Source of the DNA: a virus
Taxonomy: Duplodnaviria; Caudoviricetes
IMG/VR virus record: IMGVR_UViG_3300011008_000028
Strand: one strand, 5' to 3'
DNA: 64,000 nt
How positions within the stretch are numbered: the first letter of the stretch is position 1; every line of letters begins with the position of its first letter. Position numbers and translations under genes: made by a program. Below the pieces are notes generated by a model. It was given only the letters and a program-made list of their open reading frames with translations, was not told the DNA's origin and did not search any database. This document shows positions 18,738 to 29,066 of the stretch, piece after piece.

Positions 18738-20993
18738 TTATCGAGTAATTGTACCGGCGATTGGTACCCAACCAGGTTTCCGATATCCGTAACCGAATGC
18801 AGGATCACTCTTAGTTGCACTATTGTAAACGAACTGCACACCTGTTGCGACATTGATATACAACACATTTTCTGTGATGTCAATGATTTCAACTTTTGAT
18901 GTTACAGGGTTTACCCACTGAGACGTGAACCGTCTGTTCTCGGCAGGATCAATCTGATCCTTGTGAATGTACAACATTGATGCTGCATTTGGATTGTTTG
19001 TAACAACACCGTCTGAATTTCTTCTCATGAAGTCGAAGAAGATGTCCAGCATGAACTTGTAATAGTTATTGAAATTATTGGTGTCGGTATTGCTGAATAG
19101 GAGAGCCTTAATATCGCACGGCCTTTCAAGACCCATCGGCCCTTGATCAACCCATTTGCCTGTGAACACCTGTACTCCATCTACGATTTCATATGATGGA
19201 TTCTGTGTATTGATTACATATCTGAATAGGTGGACTTGCACACCTGCTGTTGCATTTCCACCGTGTTCATACAGAGATGTTGTAGATATGGTTGAATCGG
19301 TTTCAGGGCCACCCTTACCCGAGTTGATTCCGGAATATGCAGGGCCTGCTGCAGTGGACCTTACACCTACAAGGCCACCTTGCGTATCAGGAAGATTCAC
19401 ATCCGACCAAGGTGTTGAGTTATCTGACCTAACTGTAGGTGTGATATCTACATACGCATACAGATTATTTTTGATCTGGGATGCCGTGCAGACGATCTCC
19501 GGAGTAGCGTTGATTGCCAGCTTTGCTCCTCTTCCCACAGACGTGGTGTTTATGAATTCAACACCTACTCCATGTGTGGAAGGATCTTGGTCATACACAT
19601 TCTCTTCAGAAGGAACGAATACTCCTCGTTGAATATCACCAACGGCTCCTACACTTGTTACTTTGAATACGAATGAGTCATCACCGAATGACCATCTTAG
19701 AATATCTCCAACACGGTATTCTCTGCCGGCAGATACAATATCGATTGAAATCCCAGTCACAGGGTATTTGATGTCAATTCGGTTATATCTCCACTGGTAC
19801 AGCTGAGAACGGTCAAATGTATTCAATGACCCATATGATACCGGCTCAATGCCTTGAACAGCCAATTCCATGTTTGTTGGATTCATCGGTTCTGCCAAAT
19901 ATGAATCAGGATATACTTCCCGATTGTACCAGTTCGAACTCCAACGTCCATCCATGATGTAGTAATTCACAGGACGTCTTGCACCTGGGTTCTTGGCATT
20001 GGTTCGTGGAACCTGTTTCTGACGCAGCAAATCTACCTTTTCCAGTTCCTCTAAAGATCTGAATATCCCTGGAAGGTATCCATCTGCATGTGTTAGTCCA
20101 GAGAATGAACTTCCTACGTTATATGAAGAGATTGTATCACCTTTGCGGTCATTCATTGGATCGGCTTGGGTATTCTTCTTGATCATTCCGTCTCCCTCAC
20201 CATATCCATCAATGCCATTTAAACCAACCCTGATATTGGCTACATAATTTCCTTCGATATCTTTAGAGATCTCAGGATACAAGAATGTACGGTCATCAAG
20301 GTTATCGACAACATATCTATTCGAATGGGTAAAGTTGTTATCCGAATGATGGTAATCAGGATCAGATACATAGTCCAGATCATTGATAAGCTGTGTAGTT
20401 CTTGTAGGAATATCACCGATTCGAGCAACGGTTCTTTCCGGAAGTCGGGTATCTGCACTTCTGGATTCATTATTTACATATACCGGATCATCATTCGTAA
20501 ATGCATAGATACGCCCGTCTACAGGGTCGAACAGCATTGCCGCACTACGTTCGGTAGTATCATTTGTCATTTCCCCAGATGAATTCAGTCCATATCCATG
20601 TATATCAGGAATGGTTGCCGTTGTACCGATTACAACACGATTTACGATTGTTTTCATAGATGATTCCGATATCGCCTTGTCCCATTTAGTCCAGCTGTGT
20701 GGAATTCCGAATAGACCGGAATCGATGTTTACTCCAGCATAGCCCGGAATTGCTCCATTGTCTGGGAATGTACGGATCTCCATACGCTGGTAGTATCCAC
20801 CATTATGGATTTGAGAAGTGTATCTGAATAGTCTTTCTGAATCATAGTAATCGCTATCTTTATTTACTTTGAGATGCCATGTCAATCTTTCCTGTCGCAG
20901 AAGCTGTCTTAATCCGTCTGGGTTAAGATAGCGCAGGATTTCTCGAGGAGTTACATTTAACTCCTCGCCAGATGGCAGAATTGTGTTAGACAT
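18738..20993 (-). CDS. Virion structural protein (tail/baseplate-associated)
   Basis: 751 aa beta-rich; SAGREYRVGD..., SVGRGAKLAI turns typical of tail proteins. Confidence 0.45.
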   Translation of the reverse strand: MSNTILPSGEELNVTPREILRYLNPDGLRQLLRQERLTWHLKVNKDSDYYDSERLFRYTSQIHNGGYYQRMEIRTFPDNGAIPGYAGVNIDSGLFGIPHSWTKWDKAISESSMKTIVNRVVIGTTATIPDIHGYGLNSSGEMTNDTTERSAAMLFDPVDGRIYAFTNDDPVYVNNESRSADTRLPERTVARIGDIPTRTTQLINDLDYVSDPDYHHSDNNFTHSNRYVVDNLDDRTFLYPEISKDIEGNYVANIRVGLNGIDGYGEGDGMIKKNTQADPMNDRKGDTISSYNVGSSFSGLTHADGYLPGIFRSLEELEKVDLLRQKQVPRTNAKNPGARRPVNYYIMDGRWSSNWYNREVYPDSYLAEPMNPTNMELAVQGIEPVSYGSLNTFDRSQLYQWRYNRIDIKYPVTGISIDIVSAGREYRVGDILRWSFGDDSFVFKVTSVGAVGDIQRGVFVPSEENVYDQDPSTHGVGVEFINTTSVGRGAKLAINATPEIVCTASQIKNNLYAYVDITPTVRSDNSTPWSDVNLPDTQGGLVGVRSTAAGPAYSGINSGKGGPETDSTISTTSLYEHGGNATAGVQVHLFRYVINTQNPSYEIVDGVQVFTGKWVDQGPMGLERPCDIKALLFSNTDTNNFNNYYKFMLDIFFDFMRRNSDGVVTNNPNAASMLYIHKDQIDPAENRRFTSQWVNPVTSKVEIIDITENVLYINVATGVQFVYNSATKSDPAFGYGYRKPGWVPIAGTITR

Positions 20994-21092
20994 TTTAACC
21001 CCACCTTTTTATTGATATATTTTACCTGTGAATGGTACGATTATAAAAGCAGTTGAGTCGTACTGTTTATTATCATTATCCAGAAAGGAAGT

Positions 21093-21830
21093 ATGAATAT
21101 GCAAATTAATTTACCTGATTTATTGAAACGACCATTGTTCATTGTATTCGAAGGTGTAGATGGAATTGGAAAGTCGACACAGGTAGAGTTGCTGAAGAAA
21201 CATCTCGAAGAAGAGGGTTTTAATGTAAGTACAACAGCAGAAGCCAAGGGAACACCATTGGCTGATGTAATCCGTGCTGAATATCTCTCAGGCAAACGGG
21301 ACGTTAATAACCTAACCAATGCGTTTTCATTCAGTGCAGATCGCTATGATCGCTTCACTAACACGAACGGTGGTGTTATTCAGAGACTCAAATCTGGCCA
21401 GTCGGTGATTGCTGACAGATGGATTCATTCGTCAATGGTATACTCAGCAATCCAATATACGGATTATAAGGAGATAACGTCCTGCATGCAGTTAATGAAG
21501 GACGTGAATATGCCGCTTGCGGATAGAGTTATGGATGTGGCATATCTGCTCGAATTCCATCTCAGTACAACTGAGATATCTGAATTGGTCAATAGAATCA
21601 ATGAAAGATCTGATAAACCTCAAGAGATTTACGAATCACGAGATCAAATATTAAAACAAGAGTCGCTATACAATCATGCCATAAGAGTATGGACACAAAA
21701 CCGTATTTACGTGAAAGTATCTGTCAATGAATCTGCTGAAGAGGTTCATAACAAGATATGGGATTATCTTACAAAACGAATACTTCATATAGCCACAATC
21801 GATTATGAAGATAATCATGTTATAGTATGA
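21093..21830 (+). CDS. tmk: Thymidylate (dTMP) kinase
   Basis: FIVFEGVDGIGKSTQ, SADR, VIADRWIHSSMVY. Confidence 0.9.
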   Translation: MNMQINLPDLLKRPLFIVFEGVDGIGKSTQVELLKKHLEEEGFNVSTTAEAKGTPLADVIRAEYLSGKRDVNNLTNAFSFSADRYDRFTNTNGGVIQRLKSGQSVIADRWIHSSMVYSAIQYTDYKEITSCMQLMKDVNMPLADRVMDVAYLLEFHLSTTEISELVNRINERSDKPQEIYESRDQILKQESLYNHAIRVWTQNRIYVKVSVNESAEEVHNKIWDYLTKRILHIATIDYEDNHVIV

Positions 21831-21844
21831 AAGGAAATACAATT

Positions 21845-22852
21845 ATGAATATCATCAATCAATCAGTGAAGCTAATCGAAAAACCGGAATTTGCAGATCG
21901 TATGAGTGTACTTAAGTACATCGAGAAGATCGGTCGTGTATGTTACAAGTCCGAGGACAAGATCACAGATGAGTCCTGTGTGAAATTCGTCAAGATGCTC
22001 CGTGACAGGAAGCACTGGGCAATGCTGGAACATTTCATATTCACTTTCGATGTTCCGGAAGCAGCGTTCGAACTATATCGATATGCGTTATCTACGATCA
22101 ATGATGCGAATTTACAGAAGTTCTCCAGATACATAAACACATCAAAGTATTTGGATCCGGACAGCGGAATGCATTTCTTAATATCTGCGTCGGCTACCGC
22201 ACTTAACAATATGCTGCATATCCCAGGGGTGAGCATTGCAGTGATCAATGCTCTGGCAAAGAGATTGTGGGAAGAGATCCCGGAACTTATTCTTCCTAAT
22301 GAAGATCCTGCCAGACGGGCTGACTTCGATAATGCAGATACATCTGGGTTTGTAATAATGCAGCCACATAACGTGTCAAAATTGCCGTTGAATATCCGTA
22401 TTCAGCACGACTGGTTCACGGCATTCTTTATCACAAATAGAGGGGTAACCCACGAGATAGTGAGACATCGTCCCTACTCTTTCGCACAAGAGAGTACACG
22501 CTATGTGAAATACGGTGATATGACTGTAATCAAGCCTCTGATCAATTCATCTACTACAGCAGATGAAGTTGAACTTCAGAAGTATGCAACATGGATACAT
22601 GCAATGGAAACGGCCGAACAGTCATATGCCAAACTTATCGATCTTGGAGCTAAGCCCCAGGAAGCAAGAGGCGTTCTTCCGAATGATGTCAAGACGGAAA
22701 TCAACATGACAGGACGTCTTGAATCATGGCCTCATTTCTTCAATATGAGATGTGACAAAGCTGCTCATCCCCAGATGAGGGAAGTTGCTTTATCCCTGTA
22801 TGATCAAGTCCATGCGGCAATGCCTGAAATATTCCCTGAGAAGGAGTGGTAA
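21845..22852 (+). CDS. thyX: FAD-dependent thymidylate synthase ThyX
   Basis: GRVCYKS, HWAMLEH, NRGVTHEIVRHR..SFAQESTRY, EARGVLP, AHPQMRE. Confidence 0.93.
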   Translation: MNIINQSVKLIEKPEFADRMSVLKYIEKIGRVCYKSEDKITDESCVKFVKMLRDRKHWAMLEHFIFTFDVPEAAFELYRYALSTINDANLQKFSRYINTSKYLDPDSGMHFLISASATALNNMLHIPGVSIAVINALAKRLWEEIPELILPNEDPARRADFDNADTSGFVIMQPHNVSKLPLNIRIQHDWFTAFFITNRGVTHEIVRHRPYSFAQESTRYVKYGDMTVIKPLINSSTTADEVELQKYATWIHAMETAEQSYAKLIDLGAKPQEARGVLPNDVKTEINMTGRLESWPHFFNMRCDKAAHPQMREVALSLYDQVHAAMPEIFPEKEW

Positions 22853-22853
22853 T

Positions 22854-23207
22854 ATGTACGAAGCTAAAGAACACGAGAAGCTTTTCGGTGTTCGTCCTAT
22901 CGGAGTGAAGTTCATATGCCCATTCTGTAATGAGGGTGAGATGAAGTCTGATCTTGACAACCCAGAACGTATGCCTCATATGTTCCCTCACAAGTGTACA
23001 AAGTGTGCTAAGACAATGCAACTCAACAAGGTATACCCATATATTGAATGGGATGAAATCACCGAAGAAGAGACTAAGAATGATTTCGTTGATGCACTGA
23101 ATGAGGTAATGGGAAAGTTCAATACGTTAATGGAACAGAAGGAGGCCAATCATGATACACATGACGCAACCGGAATTCATATGGAAGATGAAGTCGAAGG
23201 GGATTGA
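22854..23207 (+). CDS. Zinc-ribbon protein
   Basis: CPFC...HKCTKC; AAGGAG RBS before ATG 22854. Confidence 0.6.
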   Translation: MYEAKEHEKLFGVRPIGVKFICPFCNEGEMKSDLDNPERMPHMFPHKCTKCAKTMQLNKVYPYIEWDEITEEETKNDFVDALNEVMGKFNTLMEQKEANHDTHDATGIHMEDEVEGD

Positions 23208-23460
23208 TGTCGTTCAACGTACCGATACAGTTGTTCAGGCAGTACTTGCACCAGATGTGTTATTGGAGCATTATACAACATATGCTCTAGGAACTCTGGT
23301 TCCAGGAAGTAAAACAATGATAACACTCATACTTGGGGAACTTGGTACGGAAACAGAAGTTGACTACCCTGTTGACAACGATCTCAAGCAGATTGATTCC
23401 ATATTGAAGATTCATGAATCCAACGGTACGGTGGATGACTATCGTAAATTATTCTATTAA
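23152..23460 (+). CDS. Hypothetical protein
   Basis: AAGGAGG RBS; ends just before a palindrome. Confidence 0.55.
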   Translation: MIHMTQPEFIWKMKSKGIDVVQRTDTVVQAVLAPDVLLEHYTTYALGTLVPGSKTMITLILGELGTETEVDYPVDNDLKQIDSILKIHESNGTVDDYRKLFY

Positions 23461-23462
23461 AC

Positions 23463-23491
23463 AATGCACCCAGGTTGAACCTGGGTGCATT
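23463..23491. terminator. Palindrome between convergent genes
   Basis: aatgcacccaggtt-g-aacctgggtgcatt. Confidence 0.7.
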
Positions 23492-23498
23492 TCTTTTG

Positions 23499-25298
23499 TT
23501 ATCCTGAGTATGTTGAAACTTGTATGAGGTCTCTGATACGATCTGCCATTCCATCTGCCAGGTCATTGGCCATCTCGGAGTTCTCCAGATCCTGCTCGAT
23601 GAAGTTACCCTTTTCATCTGTCTTGATACCCATGTATGTTTGCAATGCATTAAATGATTGCTCACGTTGTTTGGTATATGTATCCATGCTGGGAACAAGC
23701 CCTGACAGATTTGCCATGTAATCATTCAATGTTTCATTAAACATGAATGATGCAGGGTCTGATGCAGGAGATATGCTCATAGCATTGTAAAGCTCCGTAA
23801 TTGTAAACTTTACTTGGACATCCAATGGGAATCCATGTACGGATATTCTGTTACCGTTTGGATTTTTAATGATATCCATATTGGTTATCATTCCAAGTTG
23901 ACATGTACAAGTTCCAGGTATGAAGGCCTGTACGAGGAATGGGGAGGTAAGGCTGTTTGCAGATACCATTCTCGGTGCAGTTAATGCAATGAGATGCATA
24001 AGTGGCACTATGATATGTAGATAGTAATTATACACATCCCCATATGGGGTGGATAAGTTCACAGTGAAGTTGTAGTCCATCTTGGAGTTAGATGATTTAT
24101 ATATTTTTGGATATATCATCTTTTGACCTTTAAGAGAGTTCAGTGCTCCATTGAACATGTTATGGACGAAACCGCCTGTAGCCGGTTCAACCAAACCTGC
24201 AACGAAGTCTGTTACGCCTGTAGCTGCATTTCCCAAGAATGAAGCCATATCATCAATCAATCCCGTATCAACATTGGAGCCGGTCATGAATGCAATCTCT
24301 TGACCAAGGCCCTGATTGATTCCATCGAGAGTTGCTTCAATCTGAGAATCGGCAACTTCATTTGTTAAGTTCTCGGAGAAAGAGCCGGGTTCGACCATGA
24401 ACATTACGGCAGTTACTTGTTTATCGAGCACGCCTTTAATCGTTTTTCTTGTAACGGCATCACCTATATTTGAGATTGCTTGTTCAGCGCTGTCTAAGAA
24501 ATTAGCCGTGTTCTCCCCCATTATTGATTCCAAATCTCCATCTCCTCCTCCCAGGCCTAATGCACCTGCAATGGCAAGAGCAGTATTCTTGACAGCAGTG
24601 TCAATTCCCCCGCCCAGTATCGTTCCAATTGCAGATGCAGTTGATCCAAGAAGAGTAGAATCAGACATGTCTTTTAATTCCTCTAGGGCATTCTGAGGAT
24701 TTACGTTATTCAACATTCGGTAATTTTCCCATTTGAATTGTTTGAATTCTTCCAACTCTGTAGTGCTAGCATTTGATACTGCTCCTGCAGGGAAATCTTT
24801 ACCAGATGTAAGAGTTAGGAAGCATGCCATACTTCTGCACATATAGTTGACATGCGACATATACTTCTTAAATTCGGATTTGAATCCAAACATTCTGCGT
24901 TGCAGCTTCTTACCTGCTGAAAAGAAGGTGTCTTTCATCAACTGGGTTACGGTACTATCTGCGCTTCCACCGTCCGAAGCATCACTTACGATAGTACGAA
25001 TCAAATCTGCGAAATCTTCTTCCTTACCCATGTACTTTGGAAGGCCAGGTTTAATATGAAGAATCGGGCTGTTAAGCATAATATTCTTAAGATACTGATT
25101 CCCTAGATTCGGGTTTATTTTTCCAATTCGTTTGTCAACGGAATTCATCAATTGGAACGGAGCACCAAACAGTCGGTTTGTGTAGTTTTCCAGGAATGAT
25201 TGGCTCTCATGCAAACCGGCGCCTGTATCTATATTCTGACCATGGATAGGTTCAAGTGAAGTATACTCATTGAGTAGTACTTGTTCCATATCTGCCAT
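23499..25298 (-). CDS. Tail-tube-fold baseplate protein (T4 gp48/gp54-like)
   Basis: PKIYKSS...YNFTVNL...SPFLVQAF...GMITNMDI...GFPLDVQVKFTITEL tube-like pattern; next to the baseplate wedge gene. Confidence 0.5.
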   Translation of the reverse strand: MADMEQVLLNEYTSLEPIHGQNIDTGAGLHESQSFLENYTNRLFGAPFQLMNSVDKRIGKINPNLGNQYLKNIMLNSPILHIKPGLPKYMGKEEDFADLIRTIVSDASDGGSADSTVTQLMKDTFFSAGKKLQRRMFGFKSEFKKYMSHVNYMCRSMACFLTLTSGKDFPAGAVSNASTTELEEFKQFKWENYRMLNNVNPQNALEELKDMSDSTLLGSTASAIGTILGGGIDTAVKNTALAIAGALGLGGGDGDLESIMGENTANFLDSAEQAISNIGDAVTRKTIKGVLDKQVTAVMFMVEPGSFSENLTNEVADSQIEATLDGINQGLGQEIAFMTGSNVDTGLIDDMASFLGNAATGVTDFVAGLVEPATGGFVHNMFNGALNSLKGQKMIYPKIYKSSNSKMDYNFTVNLSTPYGDVYNYYLHIIVPLMHLIALTAPRMVSANSLTSPFLVQAFIPGTCTCQLGMITNMDIIKNPNGNRISVHGFPLDVQVKFTITELYNAMSISPASDPASFMFNETLNDYMANLSGLVPSMDTYTKQREQSFNALQTYMGIKTDEKGNFIEQDLENSEMANDLADGMADRIRDLIQVSTYSG

Positions 25299-25350
25299 TA
25301 TTATCAACTCCCTTGTCGAAATTAACTATCTAGTTATCTGGGCGGTACGA

Positions 25351-25384
25351 ATGAAGACACCCGGGATTTCCCGGGTGTCTTCAT
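25351..25384. terminator. Palindrome
   Basis: atgaagacacccggga-tt-tcccgggtgtcttcat. Confidence 0.65.
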
Positions 25385-25386
25385 GG

Positions 25387-26274
25387 TTAGCCGAGTATAG
25401 AAGTGCCGTCTGTGTTTGCATTTTCCACAAGGTATGTGATTGCGGATTCATTGATCACAATACCATGACCTGTGCGGATCACCTTTGCAAATTCGGTGAA
25501 GGGTTGTGCAAGATTGAGTGCTCTGTTCATCTCGTACATGGTTGCTTCACGAATTGCAATGTTAAGAAGATCGTCTTTATGAGTATGCTCTACATTTTCC
25601 TTGAGATTCTTCTGGAGATAGTCAAAGCATGCGAGAACAACGGACTCACCAACAGGAGTATCCGGAGTATCAAATGTCATATCATTCTTCTCCTTCTCAC
25701 CTTCAATGAGCTCAGATACATCATTCACGATCTTTGCAATGGTCTTCTTCTTAAGTTCATCGACGAAAGATTCGTAATCCCCGTCCTGCTTGATATCAAC
25801 CAGCTGGCTCTGGATATCATCTGTATCTTCGCTGGGCTCATCTACAGTCGGAAGCTCTTCGTTGTTGGCTTCAGCATCCTTAAGCTCTTCTTCAGCTTCT
25901 TTCAGATACACATCTCCAATGAGATCTGTGTTACGAATTACGAACTCAAGCATTGGTGCCTTGGTCTTCTCATAGGCAGACGTAAGATACTGTGTCGGGG
26001 AATCACCCTTTACAGCAAGCATCTTGTCGACATCATCTCTGAGAATTCCCATGTGACCCGCCTTCCATTCATCATCCAACGGAAGAATCTTGGCATAGAT
26101 ATCCAGTATGATATGCTTTCTGCACTTGTCCTTGAGAGCAGCGCAGTTATCTCCACATACCTTATGGAACTGAATTACCTGGTTCTTAGGGAATTCGATC
26201 GGCTGAGCAGGCTGGTCCTGATTTAAGTTTGCCTTAAGTGTATCGTAAAATTGTGTGAGAGTATTAGGTTCCAT
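25387..26274 (-). CDS. Hypothetical virion protein
   Basis: GGAGG RBS, acidic, within structural cluster. Confidence 0.5.
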   Translation of the reverse strand: MEPNTLTQFYDTLKANLNQDQPAQPIEFPKNQVIQFHKVCGDNCAALKDKCRKHIILDIYAKILPLDDEWKAGHMGILRDDVDKMLAVKGDSPTQYLTSAYEKTKAPMLEFVIRNTDLIGDVYLKEAEEELKDAEANNEELPTVDEPSEDTDDIQSQLVDIKQDGDYESFVDELKKKTIAKIVNDVSELIEGEKEKNDMTFDTPDTPVGESVVLACFDYLQKNLKENVEHTHKDDLLNIAIREATMYEMNRALNLAQPFTEFAKVIRTGHGIVINESAITYLVENANTDGTSILG

Positions 26275-26310
26275 TATTACACCTCCATGGGTTATTTGTT
26301 ACTAAGGTGG

Positions 26311-29052
26311 TTAGACCTCCTCGGTTATTTCGATCGAGTCAATATCTGCTCTGATTATCTCAGGTACAGCATTTTGTAGCTGATACTGATTCATATCAGA
26401 TATCGGATATTTAATGAATATACTTTGCATATTCGCATCCCGATCATTAAATCCTAAGAATCGAATGTATTTTACATTCGGATGGTTGGTATAGATGTTA
26501 TGAATTACATCTGATGCATGGATATCAGTGTTGTCCGAATTCAATGCTTCAAATGTTTTGATGATTTCATTCTTCACATCTAATACTGTTTGAGTATACA
26601 ATGATCTGTCATATACAGCAATACGCAGTTTCACATTGACATACACATTGTCCAAAAGCAGTGTGGAATTCCTGAGGACAGGATCCCCATCCATAGGACC
26701 GATGTAATAGTTGGAAGATCTGCCATATGTGTTATACAGCTTCATATCAATGTAATCATTCCCGTTCAACTTGTTCAAAACAGGCTTCATTGCAGCATAC
26801 TGTGTTGAGAATGCCGTCACGAAGTATTTCATCTTTTCCTCATCCAACGGGATATCGTATCTCAACATTGGGATCATCGATGCATTGATTACATATGACC
26901 CATTTGACCCTTCAAATGAAATCGTTGATCTCATCATTGTCATTGGGTTATACAACACCAATGACCGGTGATCATTCCGGAAACGGTTTGTAATCATATA
27001 CCCTGCATATGTTGGGTTATCATACAGGGTAGTTGTTGAAGGATGAGCTGGGTCATCCATCAGGCATATGAAGCTGAATGATGCTTCTTCAGCGTCAATG
27101 AATACCTTGCCTGAGTTTTCCCTATCATCAGTGATCAGAGATATCATCCCAGAGGTCTTATTGAGATCAACTTCCATCAACATATCGGAACGCAGATTAT
27201 CTGTAACTGCAATATCACATGCAAACACATATGATCCAGAGCTACGTTTGGTGACAGGCGTCATCTCAATGTAACCAGTATCACCAAACTCATCCGTTCT
27301 GCATACCAATACCAATCTCAGATTGTTATCAGACTGCTCTGTCTCACCTTTCAAAGACTCGACATATTCCATTGATGTATCTGAGGTTACTGTAGGAACA
27401 CATATGACTTCAATGTGATACATGTTGTTATGCTTATTGGACAGAGTACGCTCAATGCTGAACTGAGCGAGCTGAAATTGGTAGAATGAAGTTGTATTGG
27501 TAATCTCATCTTCCGGCATCGATGTATGATCTATCAGGTAATTATAGTTCTGACTGATGTTCGGATCTCTGTATATTCGGATGAAGAATGGGTTTACGAA
27601 TATGAACGGTCTGGAGTCAGTGATAACCGGAATATCCGTGTCTGAGATCATTACATCTGGAATCATCTTCACAGTGTTTCTGGATACTGAATTTTCAGTA
27701 TCGTTGTATTCCCAAAGATGGCCGGGCTTAATGATGAATTCATTTGCATTTCCGTTGCTGTCGTAATTCACAATGTCTGCTTCCGCCTGCTGCACAACGA
27801 TGTTCAGGGTATTCGTAGGATACATGTAGCTGTCATCGGTTATGGCAATGAACTGGGAGAAGAGACGGCCGGATGGATCATCCCTGCGCTTGAAGAAAGT
27901 TGCCTTTGTCCCATATCGTTTAGCATAGTTTTCAAACCACATTTGAAGATCGTTGTCTGTTGTCAACACGTTTGTCGTAGTATATGCCAGGTGGATATCA
28001 TCACGCAACTGCTCAATATCTCCCTTGTCGGCACCGATTACGGATGCACTATAACAGAATGCATTCATTCGGGTATCATCGTTGTATGAATACCGTTCTC
28101 CCTTTGTGACGTCCAATGCGGTCTTGCTATTGTATGAATTGAAGTTTGCACTCTTTCCGTTACATGTATAAATAGTATACTCAACTTTGGAATTGAACTC
28201 CGGTGCCCAATATCCTTCATTGCTACAGAATGAAAGAGCAATAGTATAGTCATCGATGAAATGATACCAAGCAAATGGCTCTGTATCTGCTTTGGTATAT
28301 TGAGGCTTAAGCTTCATAGGAAGTCTTTGTCCGGATGGGCTGATGTATATCAGATCAAGACCCGCAATTTGATTCACCCATTTCAGAATAATGTCTGAGT
28401 TGGTCGTCAGTGTATTATCTGTAATGGATTCATCATCTATCTTCCTATCGAACTGCTGTAAGTTCACAAACAGTACCAGCCATCCGATGCTTGTTACAGC
28501 ATGCTTGATGAACTTGGTTGTATTATTTGCAATTACACAAGGTTCATCTGTATTATAGTATACATTGAAGACCCTTTTCCCATCGATGTACGTGAAATCG
28601 ATATAGATGTCGTAGTTCGGACGATACTTAGATTTGTCTATAACGATTGCTGTATCGCGATCGAGAATGTACCTCATCGTACTTGTATTGGGAACAGGCT
28701 GGGCAAATTCCAGAACATCATCCAGATTCAGTTGCAGAGCAAATGATGCAACAGCTGGTGTTGCAAATGTATAGCCCAGTTCAAACAATGCACCGTGGGC
28801 ATATATCGAACTTGGCAATTGAGCTTTGGTAATGAATGATTCATTCATCATCAATGCTGCTGTGGCAACAGAGTCCTCGATTCCCTGAGATACATACTCC
28901 GCATGTATACCATTCAATGATAAGTTTGAATTACTTAGGATAAGATCTGGGAATGCCTTGGCAATAAGCACTTCTTCCAGATACTCTTTGATTGCCATAT
29001 TTTCCGTATAATTACGGATTATTACATCATTATCTCCAATTTTCTCCAACAT
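26311..29052 (-). CDS. Baseplate wedge protein (T4 gp6-like)
   Basis: ESFITKAQLPSSIYAHG..LGY..ATPA; YTCNGKSANF; GADKGDIEQLR...LTTDNDL. Confidence 0.7.
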   Translation of the reverse strand: MLEKIGDNDVIIRNYTENMAIKEYLEEVLIAKAFPDLILSNSNLSLNGIHAEYVSQGIEDSVATAALMMNESFITKAQLPSSIYAHGALFELGYTFATPAVASFALQLNLDDVLEFAQPVPNTSTMRYILDRDTAIVIDKSKYRPNYDIYIDFTYIDGKRVFNVYYNTDEPCVIANNTTKFIKHAVTSIGWLVLFVNLQQFDRKIDDESITDNTLTTNSDIILKWVNQIAGLDLIYISPSGQRLPMKLKPQYTKADTEPFAWYHFIDDYTIALSFCSNEGYWAPEFNSKVEYTIYTCNGKSANFNSYNSKTALDVTKGERYSYNDDTRMNAFCYSASVIGADKGDIEQLRDDIHLAYTTTNVLTTDNDLQMWFENYAKRYGTKATFFKRRDDPSGRLFSQFIAITDDSYMYPTNTLNIVVQQAEADIVNYDSNGNANEFIIKPGHLWEYNDTENSVSRNTVKMIPDVMISDTDIPVITDSRPFIFVNPFFIRIYRDPNISQNYNYLIDHTSMPEDEITNTTSFYQFQLAQFSIERTLSNKHNNMYHIEVICVPTVTSDTSMEYVESLKGETEQSDNNLRLVLVCRTDEFGDTGYIEMTPVTKRSSGSYVFACDIAVTDNLRSDMLMEVDLNKTSGMISLITDDRENSGKVFIDAEEASFSFICLMDDPAHPSTTTLYDNPTYAGYMITNRFRNDHRSLVLYNPMTMMRSTISFEGSNGSYVINASMIPMLRYDIPLDEEKMKYFVTAFSTQYAAMKPVLNKLNGNDYIDMKLYNTYGRSSNYYIGPMDGDPVLRNSTLLLDNVYVNVKLRIAVYDRSLYTQTVLDVKNEIIKTFEALNSDNTDIHASDVIHNIYTNHPNVKYIRFLGFNDRDANMQSIFIKYPISDMNQYQLQNAVPEIIRADIDSIEITEEV

Positions 29053-29066
29053 CTTATCATCTCCTC

